DNA of 64,000 bases from an uncultured virus (IMG/VR IMGVR_UViG_3300038314_001498) (IMGVR_UViG_3300038314_001498); one strand, 5' to 3'; positions 20,386 through 31,648 are shown, numbered from the stretch's first letter. Notes: generated from the sequence alone by a model not told the origin. Program-made: numbers and translations.

Positions 20386-20592
20386 ATGACTACATACAAA
20401 GAACAGCAAGAGAACAAAATGTCCTACGTCCTTTTAAAGGATTGTGAGGTACTTGGTACATTTGGCAACCTTAGAAAGGTTTGTGACTTTATGGAAGATG
20501 AGGATTTTCCAAGTTATTGGACATTAATAAGAAAAAAAGAAAATCCTTTAGTAATTAACGATTACAAGGTTTTTAAAGTTAAGCATTATTGA
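20386..20592 (+). CDS. small hypothetical IS passenger
   Basis: Divergent from the transposase; TAGCTTTG promoter motif upstream. Confidence 0.55.
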   Translation: MTTYKEQQENKMSYVLLKDCEVLGTFGNLRKVCDFMEDEDFPSYWTLIRKKENPLVINDYKVFKVKHY

Positions 20593-21167
20593 GCAGGTAT
20601 GTCGTTGTCAAGCTCTTCTAAATCATCTAACAAACTTGTTTGGTCTGGATTTTTACGCAATAACTTAATTGATTGTCTAGCTTGTGCTTTTAACTCATCA
20701 ACATAATCAAGAGTGAAAATATCTATTTCGTGATTGGCAAATTTCTCAAAATCTTTTAGGTTATGTGAAAATATAGCGTCGCACCCACTTGAAATAGCTA
20801 CTGAACAAATATTATAATCATTTATCATTTGGCACTTAGGTATGCCATTGCTACTAGCATAGCTTTTCGCATTCTTCTTAGATAGTTCTAATCTTAATTT
20901 TATGTATTTTCTTGCTGAAACTATATCGTGTTGTGCAATTTCAAAATTTGCGGTTATATAATCAAAAAACTCTTCTCTTTTTTCTTCATCTTCAACATTA
21001 CCTAATAATTCTGCAACAACCAAGCTTGGTATAACAATTAATATTTCACTTCTCTCAAAGTAATCGAATAAATATTCTGCTTTCTCCAACATATCTTCTT
21101 GACCTTTTGTACATTCCTTTTTGATGTACCATATAAGTATGTTAGTATCTACGCAGACTTTCTTCAT
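20586..21167 (-). CDS. PIN-domain (VapC-like) ribonuclease
   Basis: VCVDTNILIW, VVAELL, NDYNI, SHNLKDF. Confidence 0.9.
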   Translation of the reverse strand: MKKVCVDTNILIWYIKKECTKGQEDMLEKAEYLFDYFERSEILIVIPSLVVAELLGNVEDEEKREEFFDYITANFEIAQHDIVSARKYIKLRLELSKKNAKSYASSNGIPKCQMINDYNICSVAISSGCDAIFSHNLKDFEKFANHEIDIFTLDYVDELKAQARQSIKLLRKNPDQTSLLDDLEELDNDIPAQ

Positions 21168-21171
21168 AAAA

Positions 21172-21930
21172 TTAACCTCTTAATGTTTTAATGTATTCGT
21201 CTGGATTATCAATGTTATTCCAGTACTTACTAAGTAGGTTGCTTAATCCTTTTAAGCGTTCTGTGAGAGGCAAATCTGATACAACAACGAAAGATTTAGC
21301 TGTTATTTCTTCTAATTCATCAGTTTCTTTTTTCCATTTTCCAATACCTTTTATTCCTATTCTACTATATAGGTTTGGAGAAAGTTCTTTTGCGTTTTTT
21401 CTTGAAGTTTTAACCGAAAGATATTTACCATTATCTGTTTTAATACGCACTTTAGGTTCAGAACCACCTATTCGAATTATTCTACCATAAACAGTGGTTT
21501 CACCTTTGTAATATAAGGATTCTGTAATCTTTATGTTACTGTTTTCGTCAATTTCAGCCGTTTCAACACCGTCAATCCCATTAAGTACAGCCTTGCATTT
21601 ATGTTTATTAACGAATGACTGAAAATTAGTCAAATTATCGATTGCGTCATATGGTAATCTGTTTATTTTCTTTTGCTTTATTGCTGTATTAATTTCGTTT
21701 GCTGCTTCTTTTACGTCTTTTGTATGAGGGTCAGCCTCAATAGTTAAACTTTCATTTTTTACTTCTACTACGCTTATAAAATCAATTCCTTGACGACCAG
21801 GGGCGTTTTTTTTGATAACAGCCAAAAGAGCATTTTCATAGGACGCAACAAGTTTAGCGAACTCGTTTGCGGTTACTTTAGACGGCTCTATATCATTGCC
21901 AGTAAATTTTATTTTAAGCCTTTCAGACAA
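21172..21930 (-). CDS. hypothetical protein upstream of PIN (putative partner/antitoxin)
   Basis: Probable TTG start at 21930; the longer ORF-track start crosses the TIR. Confidence 0.65.
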   Translation of the reverse strand: MSERLKIKFTGNDIEPSKVTANEFAKLVASYENALLAVIKKNAPGRQGIDFISVVEVKNESLTIEADPHTKDVKEAANEINTAIKQKKINRLPYDAIDNLTNFQSFVNKHKCKAVLNGIDGVETAEIDENSNIKITESLYYKGETTVYGRIIRIGGSEPKVRIKTDNGKYLSVKTSRKNAKELSPNLYSRIGIKGIGKWKKETDELEEITAKSFVVVSDLPLTERLKGLSNLLSKYWNNIDNPDEYIKTLRG

Positions 21931-22130
21931 AGTATTTTTCGTTGTTGGTATATTAAACAAATATAGATAAAAGTTAATAAGTTTGTTAATAACGGTATAT
22001 CTATATACAATATTTTTGGTAAAACAGATTTTCATATTAGTGTTTTTTTTGAATTTTGAGCTTGTGGTAAATTGTATATAGATGCCAATAATCATGTTTA
22101 ATTTCGTGATTATTGCTTTAGATATTAATA

Positions 22131-25100
22131 TTACTTACCTCTAGTGTATAAAAAGTAATTATACTCATCTACCTTTCTATTATAGTAAAAAGCCTTTTTA
22201 AGTACATCCTTTACCATAATATCCAACTTGTCTTCTTCGCCTTTCTTTAACCGAGCTTCTATAAGTTCTAGTTTTTTAGATATAGAGTTATCTTTAATTT
22301 TTATCATCTCTGGATATTGACCTTGCAATAACCTATTAATATCCTTCTCGCTATGACCACCAGCTTTTAACATTCTATAAACGTCATTAAATTTCATGTG
22401 GCCAAGCTCTTTCTTTATACGATCTAACAACTCATCATAATTCTGCTCATGTAGTGTTTTAAACTGATTAAAATTAGCATCCAAATCCTTTTGATCCGTT
22501 ACCTTTTTATCATTAGGTCTTAAAAACTGATTACGCTTTACACTCAATTCACTCTTTACATCTTTAGCGTAACTTTTAAACTGGTATTTCTCACCCAAAC
22601 CATACACCTGGTTATTTATACCCAACATACCTAATGCAGTTAACGCATAAGATAATTCCTTACCCTTTTCTGGGTTTTCTTTAATCACTTCCTGAATACC
22701 CTGCCAATAAATTGGGTACATCTTCTTTAATTCAGCTTCAATACTTACCTCATTACCATACTTATCGCGCTTTACACCATCAATTTCCTCACTAGCTCTT
22801 AAAAAACGAATTCCTGTAGCTACTGTTGGATTAGCTTTACCTACAGCAAAGTCAACCATTTTATCAAACTTAGTATCGTTATCACCCTCACCTAAATTAA
22901 CAGTTTTACCATTAGATTTTTTCATCTCACCACTAACCATACGAGATATTAAATTCACCCATGGCATGTGTCCACCCCAAGGATCAAATCGTATATTACC
23001 TATCTTTAACTTTCCAAAGTCAGAACTTGTAGGATTTGTTTCTATCTGCACAATGTTTTCACCTTCATCATCCTCACCACCTAATGCCTGAACTGCCAAT
23101 ATAAATGCTGTAGTTGTTGCTACATAAGTAATCATTTGACTTATTGCCATCTTTTGAGCAACAGAAGGTTTACCAGGGTTTTCACTATCTCTAAGAACTA
23201 CACCATACCAAAATGGATTTAACTTATTAAATGTAGACGTTGCAAAACGTACCGAGAAAAATAAAGCGTTTAATTCTGGACTAATACTATCAAAACGCCC
23301 TAAGCTCGCTCTACCTGTTAAAGTATTTATTGCATTAGATAAACGCTTATAATCTTCTTTATGGTCTATTGGGTTTTTACCTTCAGCTTCTAACTTACGT
23401 ACACCTTTAGCAAATAAATCCATTTTTATATGATTACCATAGGTACTTGTAAATCGTTCCATAGCTGCAAACGGATTCGCATTTTCTACTTGCTCACCAA
23501 TACTATAACGTTGTTTATCTTTAGTGCTTATACCTAATACCTTGGCTACAGTATCAAACAAGGTTAGTTTCTTTTTACCATCAAAATCTAAACTTTGACC
23601 AAGCAACTTAAATGCAGATGTAACCATATCACTCTGAAAAGCCTCTTCTTTTGCTTCCAATTTATAATTAGTTCTAGTCAACGCTAAACGCATTTCTACA
23701 GCTAAATCATAAAGGTCACTATTTTCCATCTTAGCATAATCTTGCTCGTATTTAGTGTTACTGTAAGATTTTACCGTTTTAGCAATAATATTAGCTAATT
23801 TAACAGGATTTCTTAAAGCCATGTTCACCGTTGGTACCGCATTTTGCAAAAACACAAAAGAAAATTCACCAGTTGCTAATAACACACGTTGTAATCCAAG
23901 TAAATTAACAAACTGCTTCCATAACTTTTTAGCTGGGTGCATATTACGCAACTCTTCTGCATACGCTTCTTTGTCATATAACTCTTTTTCCTTACGGTAT
24001 TGACGCTGTAATTCTCTTAATTCCGCATCTTCCGGTAAAGGCTTACGTTCTTTTTTAGAGTAGTCTTTATTTTTACGCTTTTCCTGTAATTGCTTTAATC
24101 GTTTTTCAACCGCTTTTTTACGACGCTCTATCTGCTGTTTTTCTAGCATACCAGATTCCTCTCGCATTTTTGAAAGCTCTTCTTTTAATGCTTTTTGTTT
24201 CGCTCTTAAAGCTTCTAATTTTGCAGAAGTAACAGATGTTTTTTCTTTAAATGCTAAATTATTTAGTCTTATCGACTCTTCTAATTTTTCAATAGAGCGT
24301 TCTACAGCACTCTCAGCTAGTTTTACTTTCTGCTCATAACTTAATTCTGGCGCACCTACTAAATTATCTAAAGTCTGCTTTAAAGCATCGCGTTCTGCAA
24401 TTAAATCTTTAGCCTCTTGGTCGTATTCTATAGGTTGTCGATCTGGTTTACGACGCTCTTTATTATCAATCTGTTCTTGTAGATCTCGTATTTGGTTTTT
24501 TAAACGCGATTTAATAGTGTCTAACTGAGTTTTCCATTTACTTTCTAAATCACTTTCATCCAAAGGTAGATCACGCATAGCTTCTTTTAACTCACGTTCT
24601 TTACGACGCTCTTCATCTGTTTTTTTACGACGTTGCAAACCGCTACGCTTAGGACGTTGCCCTTGCTTTACATCTTCCATACCAGATAATACACGTCCTA
24701 GATTTTTTAATCTTGAAATCTCTTGGCTTAATTCGTCTTGTGTTGGATTAATCGTCTTTCCATAACCTGTAATAGCATCACGGACTTCACGTAATGTAAC
24801 ATCTTCATCAGCTAAATACTCATCTATTATAGTCTGAGCTAATACATCTATATCATTAATGCCGTTGGCTACTAATTGTCGTATAACTTGTGCCGGAATT
24901 TTAATGGTACCATCCTCATCTATAAACACATCAACATCATCTTCAATAGATTCACTATTAACGATACCTTCTACATCTTCCCTAAACTTAGATTCTACTA
25001 TTTTTTTATTTTTAGGTTTTAAACCCTTGTACCAATCTGATTTTTTAATATGGTTAATTCCTTTTTTTATAGCTGTTTCAAGTGTAGCGCCAGCATCTAA

Positions 25101-28100
25101 AGCTGTGGCCATAATCTCTACAGCACCATCCCAAATACCTTTTATAACACCTGCAGGATCGTTTTGTAATTTAGATAGGTCGTTAATAGATTTTGTAAAC
25201 TTAGTCTTTCTTAAAGCTGTTGCTGCTCGTTTTAAAGAACTTCTACTTGGTTTTGGTTTTTGACGCTCATTATACTCTTGTATATTATCAATAGCTTGTT
25301 GTGCCTCTGCTTGTTCTAACTTAGTTTCAAGTTCTTTAATCTTAGCCTCAAACTCTTTTAATTTAGCATCACGTTCTTTAAACTTCGCTAAGGTTTCAGC
25401 ATCTATTTCACCACCATTACGTGCTTTATGAGCCTCTATTTGTTTGCTTAGATTGTATTTAAAATAAGATGAATCATATACCTTACGTAAAGCTGATAAG
25501 AAACGTCCAAATTCTCGCGCTTGATTGTCAAACTGAACAAAAATATCTTCTTGTAGTTTAGCGTAGTCTTGTTGTAGTTTTTCTTTTTGTTTTCCAGTAG
25601 CTTTATCGCTTTGGCTTTCCATCATATCTATAACAGTACTATAAATAAATGCGAGTTCTGCACCTGGTTTTATAGCACCACTTTTAAGCGCGTCTATAGC
25701 AGCATCTAAACCTATAGATTTTACAAAAGCTTCTGCGCGTTCTTTGGCTTGGTCTTGGTTTTCTACCTCATAGTCTAAACCATGTTTTTCTAATGTTTTT
25801 TGAAGTTCTGGTGACGCTTTACCTGTATAGACTCTATTAGCTAAAGATTTTTTACCAGGCTTACGCTTAAAGTTGTTTTTAGGTGATTTAGATTGAAGTT
25901 TCTTTTTTACCTCATTAATATCGACGTCAAAAGAAAATTTGGTCTTAAGGTAGTCTATTGTTTTTTGTATAGCCTCGTCAATTTCTATACCTGCATCAAT
26001 AGCTTGTTTAGCAATACTAGCAATAAGGTTTACAATATCAACACCATTTTTATTGATACCATCTACATCGTCAATTTTAATCTTTATTCCAAAGATAGAA
26101 TCAATACCATTGATAGCATCAACAATCTCATCAACTTTAGCCTTGGCTATTTCTTTTCGCTCTTGCTTTGTTGGTTTTGCTTCTTTTTCATTAGATACAT
26201 TCTCTTGGCTTTCTCTTCCTTTGGTATCTTGGCTAGTCGTTCTTGCATTGTTTTCATAATCCTCTAAAATTTCGTTTTGTGTAGTCTCATCTAAACCATT
26301 AAACCAAGTATCATATTCTTGGGCTAAAACCTCTTGGTTTTGGTTAATCTCTTCAAGTTCAGATACGGTTAATTCTGTTTCAGAATCCAATTGCTGTGTT
26401 AAAGGTACGGCAGTTCTTTGTATTTTACCACCAGATCCTTCAATAAATTCATATTCACCTTTTTCTTTAGCTTCTTTTAAGGCTTGTACTAATCGTTTTG
26501 CTGGTACAGTATTTGTTTTACCTGCTTTTAAATCTGCTTCACCCTTACGTATATCAGCTCGTGTTAAGCCTAAATCTACACGTGGTGATAATGGGTCACC
26601 ATTCCATAGTGTTACACCTTTATCTATTTCAGATAACGCATGGTCTATGTCTGATTGAGAAGATTCTGGCAATTGTTCTTTTAAAGCTATTTTACCAGCT
26701 TCTTTACCGTTATTATTAATAACTGAAAGCTTACCTTTTTTCTCACCTACTTTAAAACCTAAATCGTTTGAAAGCTCATTTACTGTTGTTAATAAGGATT
26801 GACCTTCTGGTGATTTCTTTTTAGCTTTACTTAGCTTGTTATATGCATTTCTAGCATCAACTAACTTGTTTTGTTTATCTTGGTTTTCTGTTAACCCTTT
26901 TGGCTCAACCTTTGTTTTACTTGCTGTAGACTCAACGGTGGGTTGTGTGTTATTATCTTGCCCTTGTTGTACACTTGGCTCAACTCTAGGTTGAAGGTTT
27001 CCATCAGTAACAGTATTTCCTTGCGCTTGTGTTTCATTTAAACCTCTTGATTTAACTGCATTAAGTTTTCTATTGATAACGTTCGCTGCATCTTGCTCTG
27101 AAAATCCGTCTTGTATAAATTCATTTTTTACAGAACTTAGTAACTCTTTAAACGTACCACCTTGCTCTATAAATACTCTTACAGATTCTCTTAGCTTTAA
27201 TCCGTCAGATAAGTAAGATTCTGGATTACCAAAGAAAGCATCTTTAAAATCTCTTTTAGCATCTTCCTTTGATACTTCGCTTTGATATTTTTTTACAACT
27301 GCCCTAGTGGAACGAATTTCACGCGGTTCAGCGAATGGACCAAATTCAACTTTACCTTCTGATACGTCTTTTTCTTGCTGCTCTAATTCATTTAAACGAT
27401 TTTCAATTTCACTTAAAGGTTTTCCTAGAACAGATTGCCATTCCGCATCTTCTTCTTGTTTCTCGGTGAGTTTACTATCTTCTGTCTTAAAGGTATTCTC
27501 TGGATTTAATTCTACTGTTGGTGAAGGTGTATCTTCTATACCTTCCGAAGTTTTTATTTCCTCTTGTGGCTGCTCTATATCTTTCTCAGATTTAACTTCG
27601 GTTTCAGGTGTTGTAGTTTCCACCGTAGGCTGCGTTTCTTCTTTGGCTTCTTGTGTGGTGTTTTCTTTCTCAACTTTAGACTTATTAATTATAGATTCTT
27701 TTTCAGACTCAATTTGGTTTAATCTACTATCTACAGCACTTACCATATCTTCATCTACCTTAGACTCAGATTTTAATTTTTCTTTAGTAATATTAAGACC
27801 TTGAATTTCTGTGTTTATAGATTTTATCTTTTCCTTTTCATCCTTACTAAGATTTTCCCAATCCTCATGGGTTTTGTTTATTATAGCATCATTCTCTAAA
27901 AATAATTCTTTTGCTTTTTGTTCAAAAGCATCTCTTGTAGATTGAGGTAAAGATGTATCGTTCACCTTTTCTAATAATTTTAAGGCTTTTATAGTATTAT
28001 CTGATACAGTTTTTCTTCTGTTTTTATCGCTTATAATACCTGCTGTATTTCCAAATACTTTAGTAGAACCAGATAGGTTTGCACCTACAGCAAAACCACC

Positions 28101-30170
28101 TACAAAATTATCTATTGAACCATCTGTAAAAGTTCTTTCATTACCGTTCTCATCTATCTTATCGTTAAAATAACCAATTTCAATGATATTTTTAAATGTT
28201 CCTGATCCTAATTCTTCAAACCCCTCACCTGTAGCATCTTTGGTAAAATCCCAAGTTTCTTTACCTATACTTCTAATGATATTCCTATCAGATAAAGTCT
28301 TTAATTCGCTTTTACCTACACTTTGAGCTACACGCTTGCCTTTATTAACTAAGCGTATTTTACCAACGTAGCCTAAAGCTACTTCTGCAGCCGCAAATGC
28401 AGATGAAGCCATAACAATATCAAACTCTGTAAGCTTTCGTTTGTTAAGTATATTGTTTTTTTGTTTCTCTAATTGAGATATTTGTAAAGCGTTTAATTTA
28501 GATAATGCAATATCATCACTTAACGTTTTATTAATCTCTTCAAGTCGCTTTTTATCGTCTAAAATACCTTGTCGTATCTCTAAGGATTCACTAGCTTGTT
28601 GTGTAACACCAAAAGAAACAACGCCTGCTCCACCTAAAGAAAATTGATGCAACGTAGGTATATTTTCTATTGTAGAAGATACCATAAACTCAGCAAAATC
28701 AGCTACATTTTCTATATCCTTGACTTGTAGTTTTGGCTCTAATAAATCACGCTGTCTATTTGTTTCTTTTTTAAACTCTAGTGCGTCATCTAAAATCTCT
28801 TGCTTATTTGCTTTTAAAGCGTCTTCATTACCACCAAAAATATTTTCACCATTTACCAGGTTGTTTTTAAAGTTTCTGGCTTGGTATACAGCAGAATTAG
28901 CTACATCTGCATAACCTAGTTTTAAAATTTGTTTCTGGTTATCTAACCATTGATAACTTCGTTTTAGTAAATCTAATTCGTCATCAAACGTACTTATGTC
29001 TTCAAAATTATTCTCTATGTTTTGATAAAGGTCTTCTGCTTCATTTTGTATGGTTGAAATATCTGACTGATACTGATTGAAAAGAGATTCATTTTTTCGA
29101 CCTTCATTAATTAATTGTTCTCTTATTTCTGGGTCTTTTTCGGTTTCTAATGCTTTTGTTATCGCTTTTTGATTGTCTTCTAATCTGTATATTTTTTCAA
29201 TTAAAGCATTAGCCTCTAAAGCCTTTTGTTGTATTAATAGCTCATTATCTTTTATTGATTGATTTGCTCTAAAGTTTTCTTTTAGCTTTATATCTGCTAC
29301 TTTTTTTCGTAACTCTGGGTTATCTATTTTATTTAGATAATCTATGCGTTTTTGACGCTTTTTTTCTTTAATTAAATCATCTCTTTTAGATACTTTTCTT
29401 GTATCTTCCATGTTAAGATGATTCATTTTAACATTGTTCCACCAATTACTTAATATACCGTAATTGCCTTTTTGCTCATTAGCTATTTGGGTGTCGATTT
29501 CTTGAAGCTCTTCTTCACTAAGATTGTCTAAGTTAGAAAACTCATTGTAAGCGTCAATAACCTCTTTAGGTTGATCTTTAAGGTAGTTTAAATTAAATTG
29601 AGCGCGTTGCTCTGCTTGTTCTAAAGCATTTTTGTTTTTATCCTCAAATTGATAAAGTTCATTAATTGCATTAATGTTTCTATCTATTTCATTTTTATTT
29701 TCAGAAACAGAATTTTTTATAGTAGCATCTATATCATAAACAGGACCTTCAACTTGTTGTGTAGGCTCGTCTTCTTTTACGGTAGTAATATCTGTGGCAG
29801 CGTAATTGGGTGTTTGAGGGTCTGTTTTATTCTCTGGTGTAGCCAAAGAACCATCCGTGTCTTGGGCTTCCGATACCACATTTGTGTCGCTTGTAGTAGA
29901 TTGCGATTCGCTTTTTTTTTTTGGAGTATAGTCTAAAACAAATTTATTATCATCTACCAGGCTTTTAAATTGGTCTTCACCATACTTATTTTTTAAAACT
30001 GATTCTTCAACAATTAATCCATTTGGTGTTTTGTAAGTAGGTTCAGTAACCTCAGTTAACTTTCCGGAATTCACTAATTCTGTAAATTTGTCACCGTACT
30101 TTTCTTGTAATACATCACTACTAACAATTTTATTGTTAGGTGTTTTATATTTTTTTACTGGGTCTGGCAT
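22131..30170 (-). CDS. giant virion internal/ejection protein
   Basis: 2679 aa, coiled-coil rich, last of three consecutive internal-protein-like genes. Confidence 0.7.
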   Translation of the reverse strand: MPDPVKKYKTPNNKIVSSDVLQEKYGDKFTELVNSGKLTEVTEPTYKTPNGLIVEESVLKNKYGEDQFKSLVDDNKFVLDYTPKKKSESQSTTSDTNVVSEAQDTDGSLATPENKTDPQTPNYAATDITTVKEDEPTQQVEGPVYDIDATIKNSVSENKNEIDRNINAINELYQFEDKNKNALEQAEQRAQFNLNYLKDQPKEVIDAYNEFSNLDNLSEEELQEIDTQIANEQKGNYGILSNWWNNVKMNHLNMEDTRKVSKRDDLIKEKKRQKRIDYLNKIDNPELRKKVADIKLKENFRANQSIKDNELLIQQKALEANALIEKIYRLEDNQKAITKALETEKDPEIREQLINEGRKNESLFNQYQSDISTIQNEAEDLYQNIENNFEDISTFDDELDLLKRSYQWLDNQKQILKLGYADVANSAVYQARNFKNNLVNGENIFGGNEDALKANKQEILDDALEFKKETNRQRDLLEPKLQVKDIENVADFAEFMVSSTIENIPTLHQFSLGGAGVVSFGVTQQASESLEIRQGILDDKKRLEEINKTLSDDIALSKLNALQISQLEKQKNNILNKRKLTEFDIVMASSAFAAAEVALGYVGKIRLVNKGKRVAQSVGKSELKTLSDRNIIRSIGKETWDFTKDATGEGFEELGSGTFKNIIEIGYFNDKIDENGNERTFTDGSIDNFVGGFAVGANLSGSTKVFGNTAGIISDKNRRKTVSDNTIKALKLLEKVNDTSLPQSTRDAFEQKAKELFLENDAIINKTHEDWENLSKDEKEKIKSINTEIQGLNITKEKLKSESKVDEDMVSAVDSRLNQIESEKESIINKSKVEKENTTQEAKEETQPTVETTTPETEVKSEKDIEQPQEEIKTSEGIEDTPSPTVELNPENTFKTEDSKLTEKQEEDAEWQSVLGKPLSEIENRLNELEQQEKDVSEGKVEFGPFAEPREIRSTRAVVKKYQSEVSKEDAKRDFKDAFFGNPESYLSDGLKLRESVRVFIEQGGTFKELLSSVKNEFIQDGFSEQDAANVINRKLNAVKSRGLNETQAQGNTVTDGNLQPRVEPSVQQGQDNNTQPTVESTASKTKVEPKGLTENQDKQNKLVDARNAYNKLSKAKKKSPEGQSLLTTVNELSNDLGFKVGEKKGKLSVINNNGKEAGKIALKEQLPESSQSDIDHALSEIDKGVTLWNGDPLSPRVDLGLTRADIRKGEADLKAGKTNTVPAKRLVQALKEAKEKGEYEFIEGSGGKIQRTAVPLTQQLDSETELTVSELEEINQNQEVLAQEYDTWFNGLDETTQNEILEDYENNARTTSQDTKGRESQENVSNEKEAKPTKQERKEIAKAKVDEIVDAINGIDSIFGIKIKIDDVDGINKNGVDIVNLIASIAKQAIDAGIEIDEAIQKTIDYLKTKFSFDVDINEVKKKLQSKSPKNNFKRKPGKKSLANRVYTGKASPELQKTLEKHGLDYEVENQDQAKERAEAFVKSIGLDAAIDALKSGAIKPGAELAFIYSTVIDMMESQSDKATGKQKEKLQQDYAKLQEDIFVQFDNQAREFGRFLSALRKVYDSSYFKYNLSKQIEAHKARNGGEIDAETLAKFKERDAKLKEFEAKIKELETKLEQAEAQQAIDNIQEYNERQKPKPSRSSLKRAATALRKTKFTKSINDLSKLQNDPAGVIKGIWDGAVEIMATALDAGATLETAIKKGINHIKKSDWYKGLKPKNKKIVESKFREDVEGIVNSESIEDDVDVFIDEDGTIKIPAQVIRQLVANGINDIDVLAQTIIDEYLADEDVTLREVRDAITGYGKTINPTQDELSQEISRLKNLGRVLSGMEDVKQGQRPKRSGLQRRKKTDEERRKERELKEAMRDLPLDESDLESKWKTQLDTIKSRLKNQIRDLQEQIDNKERRKPDRQPIEYDQEAKDLIAERDALKQTLDNLVGAPELSYEQKVKLAESAVERSIEKLEESIRLNNLAFKEKTSVTSAKLEALRAKQKALKEELSKMREESGMLEKQQIERRKKAVEKRLKQLQEKRKNKDYSKKERKPLPEDAELRELQRQYRKEKELYDKEAYAEELRNMHPAKKLWKQFVNLLGLQRVLLATGEFSFVFLQNAVPTVNMALRNPVKLANIIAKTVKSYSNTKYEQDYAKMENSDLYDLAVEMRLALTRTNYKLEAKEEAFQSDMVTSAFKLLGQSLDFDGKKKLTLFDTVAKVLGISTKDKQRYSIGEQVENANPFAAMERFTSTYGNHIKMDLFAKGVRKLEAEGKNPIDHKEDYKRLSNAINTLTGRASLGRFDSISPELNALFFSVRFATSTFNKLNPFWYGVVLRDSENPGKPSVAQKMAISQMITYVATTTAFILAVQALGGEDDEGENIVQIETNPTSSDFGKLKIGNIRFDPWGGHMPWVNLISRMVSGEMKKSNGKTVNLGEGDNDTKFDKMVDFAVGKANPTVATGIRFLRASEEIDGVKRDKYGNEVSIEAELKKMYPIYWQGIQEVIKENPEKGKELSYALTALGMLGINNQVYGLGEKYQFKSYAKDVKSELSVKRNQFLRPNDKKVTDQKDLDANFNQFKTLHEQNYDELLDRIKKELGHMKFNDVYRMLKAGGHSEKDINRLLQGQYPEMIKIKDNSISKKLELIEARLKKGEEDKLDIMVKDVLKKAFYYNRKVDEYNYFLYTRGK

Positions 30171-30172
30171 AA

Positions 30173-31645
30173 TTAATTGTTAATTGGTATTCCAAATTCG
30201 TCAACTTCTGTTTTTTCTTCCTCAGACTCTTTAGGTTTTAATTGTTGTACAATTGCATCGTAAGAATCCACACCCATTACTTTACCAAGTATTGCGGTAA
30301 CTTCTGCTTTGTCAGTTATAGTAACTGGTTTCCAATCACCTTCATTAGTGGTTTTAGATGTTTTAGTATTAGAACTTCCTTCTGATCTACTTTGGTTATA
30401 TTGCTCAATAGTCATGTTGGGATCTGTGATACTAAATCCAGAACTACCACTTGATTCTTTGTTAGTAGTTTTTCCAACATATTCTCTACCTGTTAAAACA
30501 ACTTTATTGCTATCTGTATCATAGCGTATCTCATAAAGTGTCTTTGGTCTGTCACTATTATTAGTACCTTTTACAACATAAGGTGTGTTAAATGAAAAAC
30601 GTCTTAAATGGGTTTTACCATCTTCATTTTGTACATTTTCAACAAACTTTATTCCTGTGGCACCTTGCTCATCGTTATATTTTCTATTAGCTAAAGCCGT
30701 ACCACCATCTACATTGGTTATCTTACCACGCTCTGTACGTAATAACAAGTCATTTTTATAATCCGACTCTATCTTATCTAAATTAGACTTTATATTAGGA
30801 TCTAAATTACGTTGTCTTGCAAAGGCCAACATAGCTTCGGTTGGTGTACCATCATCGTTATATAAAAAGCGTTGTACGCTACTATCAAAAAGGTTTTGTT
30901 CTACACCTGTAGTTTTCACAGAAGTTACACCATTATCTGTTTGGTTTACGGCAGAAACAAGCTTGTCTGCATGTTGTGTTAGAGCACCATCCCAACTAAC
31001 ATTACGTTGAAACTGTGGTCTTGCATGAACATCAAGAAGACTATCCATTGTTTCTACATCCAAAATACCATCACCATCCAAATCTTCGCCTGTACTTTTA
31101 AACAAGGTGACAGGCCTTAAGTTATCATCTAAAGAAACAGTAACACCTTTATAATCGTTCTCAAACTTCTTTTCAAAATCCTCGTTTCTAAATATCTGGT
31201 TAGCTGCTAATGCAGTTTCATAGTCTTGGTACTCTTGCATTACAGCACTGGTCATAATCTTAAGGTCATTAACTAAGCCACCTTCGTTAAGGTAGTTAAG
31301 TTTTAACTGCGCTTCGGTCTGTTCCTTTAAAGAATAACGGTCTGGATTATCCAATACCTCAAAAATCTTAGGATATTCTTGTTGTGCAATTTTTATAGTT
31401 TCTGCTAAAGTAGCATTAAGACTATCGGAGCCTGTATCAAATAAGCCTATATTTTTTACACGCCCTAAAGCCTTTTGTCTAGCCGCTTCCTTTGCTGCTT
31501 TAGCTCTATTACGCCTATCTTCTTCAATACGATCTTCAGCTCTGTGTTTAAATTCTTGGTCTTCGGCATTAAGTATGTCGCTAGCAATATCACCTTGTAA
31601 GGGTCTGTAACCTAAGCCTGTATATTTTCCTACTGATTTTGCCAT
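30173..31645 (-). CDS. virion internal/ejection protein
   Basis: 490 aa; position in the late module. Confidence 0.6.
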   Translation of the reverse strand: MAKSVGKYTGLGYRPLQGDIASDILNAEDQEFKHRAEDRIEEDRRNRAKAAKEAARQKALGRVKNIGLFDTGSDSLNATLAETIKIAQQEYPKIFEVLDNPDRYSLKEQTEAQLKLNYLNEGGLVNDLKIMTSAVMQEYQDYETALAANQIFRNEDFEKKFENDYKGVTVSLDDNLRPVTLFKSTGEDLDGDGILDVETMDSLLDVHARPQFQRNVSWDGALTQHADKLVSAVNQTDNGVTSVKTTGVEQNLFDSSVQRFLYNDDGTPTEAMLAFARQRNLDPNIKSNLDKIESDYKNDLLLRTERGKITNVDGGTALANRKYNDEQGATGIKFVENVQNEDGKTHLRRFSFNTPYVVKGTNNSDRPKTLYEIRYDTDSNKVVLTGREYVGKTTNKESSGSSGFSITDPNMTIEQYNQSRSEGSSNTKTSKTTNEGDWKPVTITDKAEVTAILGKVMGVDSYDAIVQQLKPKESEEEKTEVDEFGIPINN

Positions 31646-31648
31646 GGA

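Larger units (their letters stand above)
18168..22086 (-). mobile_element. IS1595-family transposon with passenger genes
   Basis: Perfect 25 bp TIR GGCATCTATATACAATTTACCACAA (18168-18192 / 22062-22086) enclosing the transposase. Confidence 0.9.

Noticed and set aside
21931..22095. N-terminal extension of the 307 aa ORF
   Set aside because: It crosses the IS terminal repeat and AT-rich leader; the TTG at 21930 is the more likely start.
23821..29936. Antisense ORFs on the + strand within the giant gene (and similar shadows elsewhere)
   Set aside because: Ser/Phe/Leu-rich shadows of the real coding strand with no independent signals.
22131..30170. Virion RNA polymerase in the giant protein
   Set aside because: No recognisable DxDxD polymerase context found by eye; the sequence is mostly coiled coil.
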